NCBI GenBank assembly: GCA_026770705.1
Contig: JANJGN010000001.1
Coordinates: 47,430,001 to 47,494,000 of the forward strand
Direction of reading: 5' to 3'
Length of the DNA: 64,000 nucleotides
Source: Isurus oxyrinchus
Taxonomy: Eukaryota
Part shown: positions 24,947-38,387 of the stretch, piece by piece
How positions within the stretch are numbered: position 1 is the stretch's first letter
Layout of the letters: every line of letters begins with the position of its first letter
Made by a program: the position numbers and the translations under genes
Notes under the pieces: model-generated
The model's input: only the letters and a program-made list of their open reading frames with translations
Databases searched by the model: none
What the model was told of the DNA's origin: nothing

Positions 24947-25051
24947 CAGTTCTGTTGAAGGGTCATGAAGACTCAAAACGTCAACTCTTTGCTTCTCCGC
25001 CGATGCTGCCAGACCTGCTGAGTTTTTCCAGGTAATTCTGTTTTTGTTTTG
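24947..25051 (+). mobile_element. Penelope-derived short element with hammerhead motif (CTGTTGA core)
   Basis: agtt-ctgttga-a-gggtc-atgaa-gactc-aaaa-c-gtc-aact; nearly identical to the 1257-1519 copy; flanked by ttatcaaa repeats. Confidence 0.8.
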
Positions 25052-25273
25052 TTATCAAACTTATGTTTGGAGAACTCCATGTGCTTCAACAACAACTCAA
25101 GTACAGGCTTTTCTCCGAACAGAAAAGTCAGCCTCAATTTTTCTTCCCTGTTTCCTCCCATAATTTTTTTTTAAATTTTTGAAACCTGAAGCTACTCGGC
25201 ACTTATTGAAAAACAAATTCTTAAACAAAGTTCTTCATTCCAGTTCTGATCAAGGTCATTGACTTGAAACGTT

Positions 25274-28200
25274 GTCCAGAACTTTCTGCCCCCACCAGCG
25301 GTGGGATTCGTGGTGGGTGGGGTGAGGGGTGTCAGAGAATATAGCATGAGTGAAAAAATCGGTTTCCCAGCAGCGACGACTGGAAATTGCGGTCCCGACC
25401 ATCATGGCAGGAGAATGCAAGTCACCATTCCCACCAAAGGACATCAGGAAGGAATTTACCATACAATTACTGGGGTTCAAAATAGCAACTGGCTGAAATT
25501 CTCCCCCCTCCTCCCATCCTATCATCCGCCCTGCCAGCGGGAGTTCACCCCGATCTGAAACACAACCGGGCCAACCTGGTGTGATGTCGAGCATGGGGAG
25601 AGGAGGAGAGAGCAGACATCATGAGGGCGAGCGGGGGTTGCCAGCAGAGGCGGGGGGAGTGGGGGTGATGCAGGCGCAGGGGGGAGGGACCAGGGAGTGG
25701 TGCAGGGGCCATGGGAAAGTGGTGGACAGTGGAAGGGATTCAGAGGGAGGGGTCAATTGTGTCAATGAAGGAGTCCTGGTGAGGGGAAATCCAAGGGTAC
25801 TAGTGGTAGGAGTAAATAGTAACAGTTAAAGGGGACAATGGGGAACAGTGGGGTGGATGGTGAGGGCCCATCGGTGGCAGGTGAAAGTCCAGTTTTGGTT
25901 GCTGCAGGGGACTTGGAGGTGAACGCGGATACTAAGGGTGGGCAAGATAAGGGTGGGCATGGGAGCTGCAACTGGAGTGGGCTCAGCAGGGAAGGAGGGC
26001 ATCTGAACGGTGACAATGATGAGCTTCTTATGGTGGAGGTGTACAAGTAACGGTTTGGAGGGTAATGGTAACACCTGGGGGGCATCAAGGATGAGGCAGG
26101 GGAGGGTGTTGGTTACAGGTGGAGGGTGGAAAGTGTTTGATACAGTCTCAAAATTTAAGTGCTCCACCCTGATGCAAAGGCCCTGACTGCTCCATCGATG
26201 CCCAGCTCAGAAATGCTGGTTGGGAGGAGGGTCATCGGATGGGTGGAGATGTAGGTCAGTTGAACTGGACGACTGAAGGGGAACCCTGATATGCTGGTGT
26301 GGCAAAGGGAAGGTGTTTCTATTGACTAGACAGTGAAGGGCAAGGGAACAATGTGCATGGGGGGCTTCTCACACACGGTTCACAAGGGCCATGGCAAAGG
26401 TCGATACCTCCATGTGCAGGAATGATTCAGGGGGATATAGAACCAGCCTGCATAGGCAACTTGAAATAGGGAAGTGGGGGGCACATAGGGATTAACCCGA
26501 GCAGAAGCAATAAAAACCCAGCAGATCTCTGTAAATTGCAACTCTACATATATTAACAACTGTGAAACAATAATTTACAATGCTTGTACATGCTTGCCAC
26601 CAGAGCGAACTTAGAGCTTCTTAAGTATCCTAACACTGTGTCTAAGTGCTTCCCCGATACCTGCAGCAGGGGTGAGGCAGCCTGTTGACCACTTTGCCCT
26701 GTTGTCTCTGATGACTTTGGTGGGTGCCATCTGGAGGCCCGAGACCTGGAAGGCCCCAGCCTTCTTTGGGTCTCCCACTCTGCGGCAGGTGCACCCTTGT
26801 CTCAGATGTTGGAGCTGGAAGAGGAGATTTGGATGCCTGGACACCCTTGGAGAGTCCTGAGTGGAGGCCCCCAGGGTGATCACCTGATGCTCCTCCTCCC
26901 TTTGGGTGGCCAAGGGGCCCCTCCTGATTCCTTTGGGGAAAGAGGCACCTGGAGGGAGGTCGAGGCGCCCTGTTCCACTCTCGCGTAGCCACTGCAAAAG
27001 CTCACCCATGACTATAGCGGTACAGTGCAGGTTTGTGTGCACCCCCAGCAGAAACTGGGTATTCTGCTGGGCCAGGTTCTCCATGGCATCCACCATCCTC
27101 CCTGTGGAGACTCTGGTGCGTGCACATGTTGGTGCCACTACATCAGAGAGCAGGTGGACAGACACCTCCGCCTCGCGTGCCACTCTGTTGAAGGCCTCTG
27201 ACACCTCTGCCTGATGTTTCCCCACCTTTTGCAGCATCTTGCACAGGTACAATCCCAAAGACTCATCAACAGCAAAGGCCTATTCCCCACCAGTCCTCCA
27301 AGTGCTGGTGACATTGGCTGTCCACATGCTGTGGATACATATCTGTGTAATGACCACCAGAATATGCGGCCCTGCCTAAACTAGAGCTATGACCCACACC
27401 GAGGTGTGTGAGACTGGTCTGGTGGAGGATGCAGGCGACTACTGTGACAGGTCAACAGATGAGAAGTCGTAGTGGTTGTCATCGTCCTCAGTCTTCTGTG
27501 GGCTATGGCTGGGCTCAGCTGAGGATCAGGGTGTGGCTGCCCCTTCTTCCTGCTGGCACCTGTTATGGAAAGAGGATAGAATTAGTGACTGTCTCGGTTG
27601 CCTCCTACATTGCACAGAACCTCACCATCAGGTTTCTATGTGCAGAGATTAAGTATGCTCCCTCACCGGATGGATGGGGGAGGCTGACCTCGCTGTCAGC
27701 ACATTCACAGTCGCAGTCCTCCCCTGCTAGCTTGGCAGCCTTCTCTTCATTTGTTGTGAGGTGGTGGAGATTGGGCATGTTCCCTCTTGCCTTCTCCCTC
27801 TTGCATCTGTTGAGTGCTGCCTTCTCCTGCATAAGGAGAAAAGATGGTTTGTAAGAACATCTGATGCTGGTGACGTTTGCATGCTGCATATCCCCAACAG
27901 AAACCCATTGGCAACTGTGTACCATATGACACATGCACTGCTGCTAGTCCCCAAGGATACTTCAGCAGCACCCTCCAGACCCACGAGCTCTAGCAGCTAG
28001 AAGAACAAAGGCAACAGAGGTATGGGAGCAACAGCAGCATTTGCAGTTGCTCTCCGCTCCAAACACACCACTCACCACCGCCCCCCAACTGTGACTTGGT
28101 TAGCAACCCGCAGTCATCTCCTTACCAGCAGGCTACAGGGACTGCAGTGGGGCTATGAGGCAGCACTCCAGCACTTTGCTAGGGCTCTTATGCATGGACA

Positions 28201-28787
28201 GCACAGATGGCTGCCTGGCCATTGAGGGCCATGTCCCAGTTCCCATTCTCTGAGGTGAGTACGGGGAGTAGAGGGTTCACTTAACCTGGTGATGTGGATT
28301 AGGTCATTCATTCTTCTCCTGCACTGCATGGCGGTCTTCCTCTGTATAGAGGTGGCATTGGCCATACTGTAAACCTCCTCCCATGCAGGTTTGATGAGAT
28401 GGGTAGGCCTTCTCCTCCCATCCATCCCTTGGATAAAGGACTTCTCTCTTGTTCGCTACTGCTCGAAGAAGTGTGTCCAGCGAGGCATCACTGAACCTTA
28501 GAGCTGGTGCTTGCTGATTCCTGGCAGCCATGTGTAATTCCAAACTCCAATGTGCGGTGAATTAGCATATCCAAGCGCCTTTTAAATATGGGGCCCAAAT
28601 ATGACGGTGGGGCACTTGGCTTCATGCCTGCCCCACCATGTGATGAACCAGGAAACCCCTGGCTATATAATTAATCAGCCCAGCATCGCGCAATTTGGCG
28701 GGTTTTCCCTGTACGTTCTGCAGCAGGCATCCCTCTGACTCCCCGCCCCCGGCACAGGACTTAGTCCCAGAGAGGAAAGTTCTGCCC
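25274..28787 (-). mobile_element. Harbinger element A, non-autonomous (Myb gene only)
   Basis: TIRs gtccagaactttc / gaaagttctgccc; TSD GTT/GTT; carries a Myb/SANT gene but no transposase motif was found. Confidence 0.88.
26611..28531 (-). pseudogene. Harbinger Myb/SANT DNA-binding protein gene, three exons, frameshifted
   Basis: Exon 1 28531-~28285 (RFSDASLDTLLRAV..AWEEV..RKTAMQCRRRMNDL); exon 2 27826-27667 (EKAALNR..); exon 3 from 27559. Confidence 0.85.
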
Positions 28788-29194
28788 GTTAACTCTCTTT
28801 CTCTCTCTACAGAGGCTACCTGACATCCTGAGTGCTTCCCACATTTTAAAATATTTCTTAATTGCATTGGTAAGTCACTAAAGCAACTCTTTTATATATT
28901 TGTGTAATTACATTTACTTTGGAAACATTATCACTGTTAATCTGCTACCTCACAAATTTGTTTAGCAAAATAGTCCCTCATGAATAAATGAATGCCTAAA
29001 AATGCCAATTCAACAATTGTGAATTGATAAGGCCACAGTGTTTAATCCATGTCAGGCAAAGCCAAGCATTGGCAAGACATTTGTTATATGAAGGTACCAG
29101 GAATTGTCTATCGAGTGACGACAAGTAAAAATAGCCAGCAACAGTGCCACTTCTGATTTGCTGCTATGCTCGCTGCAGCACATTCTAATTAGAA

Positions 29195-29662
29195 ATAAAA
29201 AAGAAAGACTTGCATTTATATCATGCTTTTCATGATCATTGGACATCACAAAGTGCTTTGCAGCCAATGAAATACTTTCCTGAATTGTAGTCACTGTTGC
29301 AATGTAGGAAACACAACAGGCAATTTGCACACAGCAAACCTCCAGAAACAGCAAGGTTATAATAACAATCTATTTTTTGTGATGTTGATTGAGGGATAAA
29401 TATTGGCCTGGGCCCCAGGGATAACTCCCCTGCTCTTCTTTGAAGTAGTGCCTGAGAATCATTTACATTTACCCAAGCAGGTAGATGTGGCCTCGGTTTA
29501 ACTTGTCATTCAAAAGATGGCACGTCCAAAAGTGGAGCCCTCCCTTAGTACTGCACAGGAATGTCAGTGTAGATTTTTCTACTCCAGCCCCTGGAGTGGG
29601 ACTTGAACCCAGAACCTTGTGCCTCAGAGGTGAAAGTGCTATCAACTGAACAGCAGCTGACA
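29195..29662 (-). mobile_element. Full-length tRNA-derived Deu-type SINE (SacSINE1-like)
   Basis: Minus head with A-box and B-box GGTTCAAGTCCC, central domain, tail atataaatgcaagtctttcttt. Confidence 0.82.
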
Positions 29663-30104
29663 CAAATTCAGGAAAATATGGAGTAGGTTATCAATGGCGT
29701 GCTAAACAACAAAATTTATGGTCTATGCCACCTATCTCAACCTTACTTAACAGGCCATTAAGTCCTGTGGTTTGCGAGTTGCAAGTCATCTCAAATTAGA
29801 AAGGTCTATAGGTTAACTGTTAGTGACTTCAGTGGGTCCAGTACATGTACCAGGCAGAGCATCAGAAAATGGTTCCTGCTGGTTTGTTTTAGAGAGTCAT
29901 TGTGAAGATAGTGTGTGCATAGAGATATGTGAACTGTGAACACCTAAGCTGGGAACCATTCAGGATCTCAAAATATCCTATCCACAGATTCAAAACCTGA
30001 TCAAGTGAATCTTTTCAGGAATTGTGAGAAGTTACCATCGTAAATCATGAAACATCCGCCGAAACTAACAGGAAGAGGTTTATCCTATGAAGTAGAAATA
30101 CATA

Positions 30105-30280
30105 CCAACAAGGAGCAGGAGTAGACCATTCAGCCCTTTGAATCTGCTCCACCATTTAATAAGATCATGGCTGATCTGATAGTAACCTCAAATCTGTGCC
30201 CTGCCCACCCCCGATAACCTATCACCCCCTTGCTTACCAAGAATCTGTCCAATGCTGTCTGAAAAATATTCAAAGACTCT
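30105..30280 (-). mobile_element. CR1 3'UTR fragment
   Basis: ggagcaggagtagaccattcagccc...gatcatggctgatctgat; matches the reverse complement of 3160-3330. Confidence 0.8.
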
Positions 30281-33028
30281 GTAACAATTTGAAAGTTCCC
30301 TGAAGATTTACATGTGTACATAATATTCTATGGAAATTAATTAGTCATCAGACATCTTTGGGGCAAGCCGCTGCTGCCTGGTGTAGCTCCAGGGGCAGCT
30401 TACCCCATGAGAAAAATCCATTCCGTCCACCAGTAGTAACCCTTAGTTAAGTTTTGGGTAGAGGTTCATATCAAGTAATAAGAAGGTGGGTGGGGTGGGT
30501 GATCATCAAGACTGAATATTGGGGAGGGACTTCCTGCTCCACAGAAAGGTTTTTTCATTAAACAATTTACCCACAAATTTAGCAATGGGACCAAAACCTG
30601 GACAGGTTATCCCATAGGTAAGTTATACACTATGATATATATGTGTAACTCATACCAATATCTACCCATTGTGTTTGTGAGTAGCTGACATGATATCTGT
30701 ATTGGAAAGTTATATTAAGTGATGTATTCTTGTCATTCATTGTTTTGTTTCTATCCATTTTATCAAGACAGCTCTACTTGAAAAAATACATATTAATTTC
30801 AAACCATCTAATCTCTTTAGTGCATTTCTGAATGATGTCAGCTGCTGGAATAACAGATTTTAGGATAAGCTATTTTATCAACACAATTGGGCATAAGATT
30901 TCCTGTTATTTATATTAAAGTCATAAAAAATTCTTTTTAAGCCCATTCTAATGTTCCCTATTCAAAATGGAACCTATTCTATAGTTTTAGAATTTAATAG
31001 TGCTTTCTTGATTAAAGTGCGCAAAAGGACCTGTTGCTGGAAATAATATAGACAAACACCTGAATATTGTATTGTTTTAGCATCCATAATAAATTTGAGG
31101 AGAATCAAACATTCTCCAATATAATCAACCTCTCAAATATTTGTTTCAAGCCTACAAATGGATTTTAAACAAGATATGTTGCAGCATATTTTGATAGGGG
31201 TTGCAATATGTTATTTCCTTTGGAGAACTGGAAGAATTAAACCAATATTCTACCATTTTATAATCATCTTCCTCCACATGTCACAGCATAGGAAACTGAC
31301 AACTGTAAGAAAATGAGCATTCCACTCTGTCTGCATATTACATTAATACCCCTCAGCTCAACTGGTTCATTTGTCAGCCTTTCACAGATCCCTGTCTTTT
31401 TACACCCTGACCTTTTGGTCTGATTAAAAATGATCAATGCACACATTTACAATGAGTTGCTTTGCGCTCATATCTGAAGACTCAGTCCTAGTCACTCATG
31501 CAGATAATAACAGTGGTCAAGTCACTTAGCGACTCAGAGCTTCATTACATCTAGGGGCTGTCAGCAAAATCCTTTTAACAGTCTTTGTCATTCGTGAGGA
31601 AAATTGACAGCAAATAGAAATAGGATTAGCAATGTAAATAAAGTGTAACATGGATACTAATTCCATTTCAGGACCACCTCACACAATAGGACACGCTTAA
31701 CATTTTCTAATTTATTCTCAGAATAGCATTAATAAAAATTGGTTTTGTGTTCCAGTCATTATCTGGGTTTTATCTAAAAAATATTCATGATAATAACTTT
31801 ACAAACTGAAATGATGCTGCATTAAATGATTCCCAGAATTATTTTTTTTTACTGCGCTCAACAGCATTAAGAATGTAAAAGGTTCAGCTATTTAGTCTTT
31901 GCGGCTAGGATCAGGAATATTTTAATTAATTCACTAAAGGAATTGAATGTTAGGTGTCACACATGGAAGTTTGGGTGAGTGAATTTAAAACCTTTTGCAA
32001 ATTATGTAAAATGGCTAGGAGCATTATAAACTTAAATTGCTGTGCCACTGAGACTTCAGCATTATTTATTTATCATCCTCTAGTATATTCAAGGTACATT
32101 CAAGGTTAAATAAAGTCCGACCTAATAGATATTGTACAGTATTGTGCTTCAATGCCATACTATAGCATCAATGGCAATATTACTTATATTTTAATGTAAT
32201 AATTATTACAAAGACATTCAATCATTTCTATTCAATGTTCCACTGCTCATTTAAGTCTTTTTCTGTCGTTTCCAAAATTCGACTAGGTGCCAATATTTAT
32301 GTAATAACATCACAGATTATGGAAGTAATTTAACCTTAATGTCCAATGTTAATGAGTAATTCATATTACGATACAATTGTGCTGATTTTTTGTTTTAGAG
32401 TGATTGATAGCACAATAAATAAATTTTGGAATTTTAAATTGCTTTTGTTAAGTCAAGACTATCAGTGAAAGAAGAGACTACTCTAGGATTGTGCTGTAAT
32501 CATTCTTCACAAAATAAATCATTTTTTGTTTTACTGAAAAATGTAATATTCAATGTACTATATTCAAAGTGCAAAAATGTTAGTGTCTTAAAGTTTTTTC
32601 ATATTTCTAGCTATATGCCACAAATTGGTTTTAGTTATGTCTTATTCTGCCTCTATAAAACACTTCAGGACATTTAGAAGACGCTATATAAATGCAGGTT
32701 GTCGTTGTTGTCCAACTCATTGATAATTATTGGGCTCATGAAAAGAAACATGCTTGGTTAAAAACAGTAACTAGCAGAAAAGTTTGACCAAATATTATGT
32801 TAGGTTCAAAAACTAGCCTGTTAGGTTACTCAGAGAAAAAGATAAATCTGACAAATTTTAATATCTGTTATATGGAACCTAACAAATCTGTTAATGATTG
32901 TCTGGAAATGATTGTGAGCAACATAATTACACAAACAATACAACCGTATCAAATTCTCTTGCCTGCTATTTTAATAAAAACATTTTAAATAAATGGGTCA
33001 GTGTCAAAAATGGCAGAGAAAAGACTTT

Positions 33029-33712
33029 GGGCTGAATTTTACGTTTCCCGCCAGAGGGTTTGAAGGGGGAGTGGGGCCCATAAAATTCCGCAGATGGCCT
33101 TTCCACTGGACTCTTGCCCACCCCAACCTAAGCCGGCCTCCTCACCCTTTCCCCAATTGCTGGCAATTATTAGCCACTTAAGAGCCATTTTCTCTCCCAG
33201 CCTCAATTTTCAGGCTGGCGGGAGGAGTTCAGGGCTTGGGGGACGATGCCTGAAAAGTGACCCTGCTGCTCATGCCTCAAGTGGGAAAGTGGGTGGTGGT
33301 GCGCCTCCATCAATAACCTCCCTTAAACGTCGTGCACCCTTACAAATGTATTCCCAACCGCCCCCCACCCCAGCCTCTCCACCAGCCCCTCCCCCCACTC
33401 CCAGTCCTGAGACCCTCACAATTACTGGCCCTGGTCTCCTGGGTCTTTGACTCTGGGGACAGCTTGAAGTCCCAGCCCTGTCCACTGCAGCTTCTGGCAC
33501 TGCTGGAACTAGGGGACTGCCAGCCAATCAGATTGGGCAGCAGCTCTCTGAAGTGGGACTTCCTCCCCAGTAAGTGGTAATCCCGTCTCCAATCAATTTA
33601 ACAGTTTTGGAGTGATAGATGGCTGCGGGGCAGTCAGTACTGATGGCAATGCAGTCACCACCAACTTCTCAGATGGCACGAAGGGAACTCTGCCATCCTA
33701 AAAATTCTGGCC
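33029..33712. mobile_element. Harbinger-type MITE
   Basis: TIRs GGGCTGAATTTT / AAAATTCTGGCC; TSD TTT/TTT. Confidence 0.82.
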
Positions 33713-33792
33713 TTTAGTAAGCGTTTCTTATGAAACTGTTGTTCAATTACCTTCAGGCTATTATAAGCTAAGTAATCTGTGGGATCCTTTAA

Positions 33793-34217
33793 GGTCCCAG
33801 AATTTTCTGTAAATATGCACCCAAATAACGCAACATAATGGTAAAAGATCTGATGTAAAAGGTCAAAGATATTTGGAAATTTTGTTCTTACATAACATTG
33901 GAATTTCTATGAACTTTTGCTCCAGCCCAGTGAGACTGGCTCCTGAACACTTTGTTATTCATTAACATGGCTCCAACCACATGGAAAACAGCAGAAAGCA
34001 CCATTTACCTATGATTATGCTGCTTTAAGTTTCGTGTAAATATACAATCAAATTTTGAGCTTTTTAAGGCACCTGTGGTCAGCAAATCTCAGCTTCAACC
34101 AGCCATACATGTTAATCAGTCATACAAGTTATGACAAAACTAACTTAACTTTTGGATTTTGGGCAAAGTTTTGCCTGATCTGACTTACAATTATGCCCCC
34201 ACAGGAAATTCTGACCC
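33793..34217. mobile_element. Older AT-rich MITE
   Basis: Imperfect TIRs ggtcccagaatttt / aaattctgaccc. Confidence 0.45.
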
Positions 34218-34854
34218 GTTAAAGACATTAATAGTATGAACTACGAAGTTTCTGACAGGCTTGTCTTATCTGATCCAGACCTGTATTAATTCAAGTTGAT
34301 TACTTCACAGGCATCAAACAATGTAAAACATGAACCTCCTAGCTACTTTGTATCCATCAGCATCGACATATGTAACAAGCTGAATGACAGTTCTGTCCCA
34401 AAGTGCTTGTACCATTGTCAATAGCCATGGAGTGAATAGCCATTGGGAAGAGAGAAATTGCTAAGTGATAAGTGCAAGGGGAAAAATAGGGGGAAAAATC
34501 TAAATATAGAAATAAAAATGCATTCATAATAACAAATTGCTTTCTGCATCCTTCCCATGTGCAGTTCAAATGACAGCAATCATCACCAGTGTGCTATGTG
34601 TTTAAACTATCAAGAAATGAAACCACATGGTTAGCTCTTGCTTGGAAAACTGTTTTTAATCAGGTCATTTAAAGCCTCAGTCAGATTCTCCATCAGGTGC
34701 TTCCTTACATAAATGTGCTGATCCAATATACTAATCCACCTAGGGTGACTTGGGCAATATATCAAGGTAATTGCCATATTAGGCTGCAAATTGGAGCTAA
34801 AATAACCAGATGCAAAAGAGATGGCCATATCACACTCTCTGGATGGATCTTAAA

Positions 34855-34871
34855 AGTTCAAGGAGAGTTCA
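34855..34871 (+). promoter_or_regulatory. DR5 retinoic-acid response element (consensus match)
   Basis: AGTTCA-aggag-AGTTCA, with an extra half-site GGGTCA at 34895-34900, in TE-free DNA. Confidence 0.5.
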
Positions 34872-35341
34872 AGCATGGAAAAGGCAATGGAAAGGGGTCA
34901 AGTGTAAGGAAATTGTTCATGTTCACGAGGAATAATCTTTACAAATATGTGATTTTAAAGGTGGTAATTTTCTACTGTCACACAGCTATTCATACTTCAT
35001 TTAATTTTCCATAAGTCTTCTCCATACTCATACCAGTGTAAGGAGGTTTTCACATTTAAAGTAGATTTAAAGACATAGTGGGTCCTATTTAACATTTCCT
35101 GAGCCTATTTAAAACTAAAATTTGCTCTTGTTACTGGCACAAGCAAAGTTTTACAATAGCATCAAAATAAATTATTTTATATTCAGCAGTAGATCTCCCA
35201 TGGTCACCTTTACAATAATTCAACAAGTACACTTTATTGTAAGGGTGGGAGAAATATACCATGTAATGCATTATGTATTATTCTGCTTCTGACGTGGAGC
35301 CATGTGTAACTCCTGTGCCCCTTTCAGGCTGCAAAGTTGAA

Positions 35342-35459
35342 GGGCAGGTTTTCCAGCCCTGCCCTCCAGGGGTGGTCTCCTGATGCCTCTGAAGTCAGTG
35401 GACTTTTGGCTAGCTCGCCACAGAGGGACCCATCGCACCAGGGTCAGAAAATCCCAGCC
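35342..35459. mobile_element. Small Harbinger-type MITE
   Basis: TIRs GGGCAGGTTTTC / GAAAATCCCAGCC; same family as 9614-9742. Confidence 0.78.
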
Positions 35460-36285
35460 TAATTGTCGCACGTGTTTAGGAACAGGCGTAGGCCACTCAG
35501 CCCCTCGGTCCCATTCTAGGTATGTTGAGCCTGAAATCAATTAGAAAGGATTTTCAGATTCTGGAGGATGCTCTCTGGATTGGGACCAGCTTGTGAGTCA
35601 AATCTTTCCCCAAGGTTAGAAAAAAACAATAGGAAGTGGCTGGTTTTCCTTAAATTTTCTTGTGTTTGTTTTACATGTGCTGTAGAAATTTGCATGTAAG
35701 ACAAAGCGTGACACCTAAAACGTGTGCCTTAAGTATTTTATTTATAAATATTTCATACTTATGAAAAAGCCTGGAACAAAATCATCAGCTGCAATGCAAA
35801 ATAACTGATGTTTTGCTACTTTGCAGTTGCTGTACAACAAACCCTGTGGGTACCCCAGTGAATATAACATGAGTCAAATCCCTTTTGTCTGAAGATTGTA
35901 ACCTCAGACCAGTGGGGATCTGCATTTCAGAGTGAGCAGTATAGAAACACATCTGTTATTTGGACCATTCTGTGGAAAAATACTGTTTTGCACATACACT
36001 CAAGTCTCCACTACTGAGGTCACTGTCACACAATTTAAGATTATCTGTTGTGGAGCACAATCCCCCATTATGTGCTTCCAGCTGTAAAAATTCCCTCCCT
36101 TGCTTTGTCTTTAATCTACTAGTTCATCCATTAGAACCATTAGCAGTATCTTCAGAAACTACATTACATGCTTTCTTAAGTAAACTGAGACATTTTGCAA
36201 GATTAAAAATATCTGAAACATTACACTTTTAATGCCCTGCATCTATCTCAACAATTATAGAAAATTATTCTTTTTTCCACTTCAT

Positions 36286-37530
36286 GGCCCAATTTTAGGT
36301 TTGAGATGCACAGGGATTGGGGGTCGGGGTGTGGGGTGGAGGGGTTTGGATATGTGGGTGAGTAATCCTGTAGTGCGAGGGAAACCTGGAAGCCAGTTCA
36401 GCATGGCTGTCACTGACTGTTTAACTCAATCACCTCATCATCATTTTACTTCCAGGTTTCCCATTCAATCAGTGGCAGTGGGTGTGATGTGATCCCACAC
36501 GTTCTCAACCCCAGTATTTAAAAGGGCAATCCAAAGATGCAAGTTGGCCAAATTGGAGGTTTTTGTCAAAGAACTGGAAGAGTCAGAATGGAGTCTAGAT
36601 GGGCAAAGGCTGTGTCCTGTTTCAGTGACATCTCCCTGGAGTTAAAGAGAGATATTCTTCCCCAGCAATGGGAGAAGGAAACTGCTGCTGAGTCAAAGGA
36701 GACATGCTGGAGGCAGCAGAGGAAGTCAGAAGCAGGAGTGTTCTGCCACACTCCTGAAATCAGTCCAGAGAGTGGTTTAATAACCTAAGCAGGTGCCATG
36801 TTCACCTATGCCCTGCTATGAACATCACCTCGCCCCCCCTCACTCTGCTTTCCCAAGCCTACTCCATCAGATCACTCCTCAGGCCCATTTATCTCACAGA
36901 TGCACCCACCCTTGTCTTTCTGTGCAGAAGAGAATCTAGCACCATCTGTCCATTTAGTGCTCCCATTCAACCTCGCGTAATGTCACTCCTCTTCACTGAT
37001 AGTCACCCGTACCAAATGCACTCAATTCATTGGGTGAACACATGCAATTACACTGACTCATTGGTCTGTTCTTTTCCTCATTGTAGGAGAAGTAGCACAG
37101 AACACCAGGGAGATAATGAGAACTCAAGTGGGCCCTTGTAGATCCCACAGCTCACAACTGCTGAGGAGAAGGGAGGAAGAAATGGAAAGAAATTGAGTTA
37201 TGGCATCTTTGGCTGATGGAGATGGAGCAATGGGGAACTGCCTGCTACCTAGTGACAAAATTAAATAAAAGCCACCCAGATGTCATACATCAGTCAGTCA
37301 TGTTGATTTGGTTTGCAGGACTTGTGAAATATAGTCATTCTCAAGACGATAACTCACAAAGTTCTTGGCACAATTAATTCATGTGTTTCATTTCCTACTG
37401 GACCTTCAACTGTGCAAGAGGAGCCAGTAGGTGTAGCAGACCGTTAGTCTCAGCGGAGCCAGTCACTTTGACACTTAGTGTCACAGGAGCCATTCAGTCC
37501 ATGCACCACCTTAGATATTACACTTCAGTG
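36286..37530 (+). mobile_element. Truncated Harbinger with decayed Myb gene (third family)
   Basis: Left TIR-like ggcccaatttt, TATTTAAAA 36515, ATG 36588 (MESRWAKAVSCFSDISLE), exon 2 from ~37087 (EK.AQNTRE..PQLTTAEEK). Confidence 0.68.
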
Positions 37531-37583
37531 GGATAACTTAGACAGATAGTTAGGTTTTCACCCAGTGAGCACAAAGAAACCCT

Positions 37584-38235
37584 GGGCAGAATTTTTAAGT
37601 TGGCGTGTGGGCATGCGCCCGACCCAATCTGATGCAAAATCGCACGTGATATTTCGGGTGCTGGGCATGTGCGAAAGGTGGAAGCACGCCCGCCAACAAT
37701 TAAGAGGCTTATTAAGGTCATTAAAGTTCCAATTGTCCCCAATTTTTCTGGTGCGTCGAACTCTATGGTTGGCAGATGGGCAAATCGGTCAGGCAGACTT
37801 TGCATTTTTGATGAAACCTCATCCAAGCGCGGGATGAGGTTTCCATTATTAAATTTAAAAAGATAAAAATAAATGGAGGGAATTTTCATCATGTATATGT
37901 TCAGGTGACTGACTGTGATGCGTGGACAGTATTTTCCAGGTTTTAAAATCTTTATTTAATCATTTTTAATGTCTTCAGCTCCCTGAGGCAGCTCTCTGCC
38001 TTCAGGGGGCTCTCATTCAATGCTCGCCTACACCCGTGCTTACATCAGCACCCACCCTCCTCCTGCCCCCACCCTGGCAGTGCTGAGCATTTTGGCATGC
38101 GTTTCACTCTGGCTAGCTGTTAATTGGCCAGCCAGCATGAAATTGGGGTCGGGGCCAATCGCAGGTGGCGGTCTGTTCCCCAGCTTCTCCCGGGCTTGCC
38201 AATTGCACCCACATGCCGACATAAAAATCCTGCCC
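37584..38235 (+). mobile_element. Harbinger-type MITE (multi-hairpin family), full length
   Basis: TIRs GGGCAGAATTTT / AAAATCCTGCCC; TSD CCT/CCT. Confidence 0.88.
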
Positions 38236-38387
38236 CCTAAGCTTCACAAAGCTGCTTTCAGCTTCCTTCCATCTGCAAACAATATACATAATTTCAATCT
38301 TTTAGTTGGCTCAATTTTACTAAGATAGAAGACCTCCTATTGTTTCTAGCTTTCACGTTGTTAACTATGACCTTGAAAATAAACATA

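Larger units (their letters stand above)
25238..28845 (+). mobile_element. Penelope-derived hammerhead element split by Harbinger A
   Basis: agttctgatcaaggtcattgacttgaaacGTT (to 25273) rejoins GTTaactctcttttctctctacagaggctacctgac (from 28788). Confidence 0.75.

Noticed and set aside
29590-29662. tRNA gene
   Set aside because: It is the tRNA-derived head of a SINE, with no intact cloverleaf.
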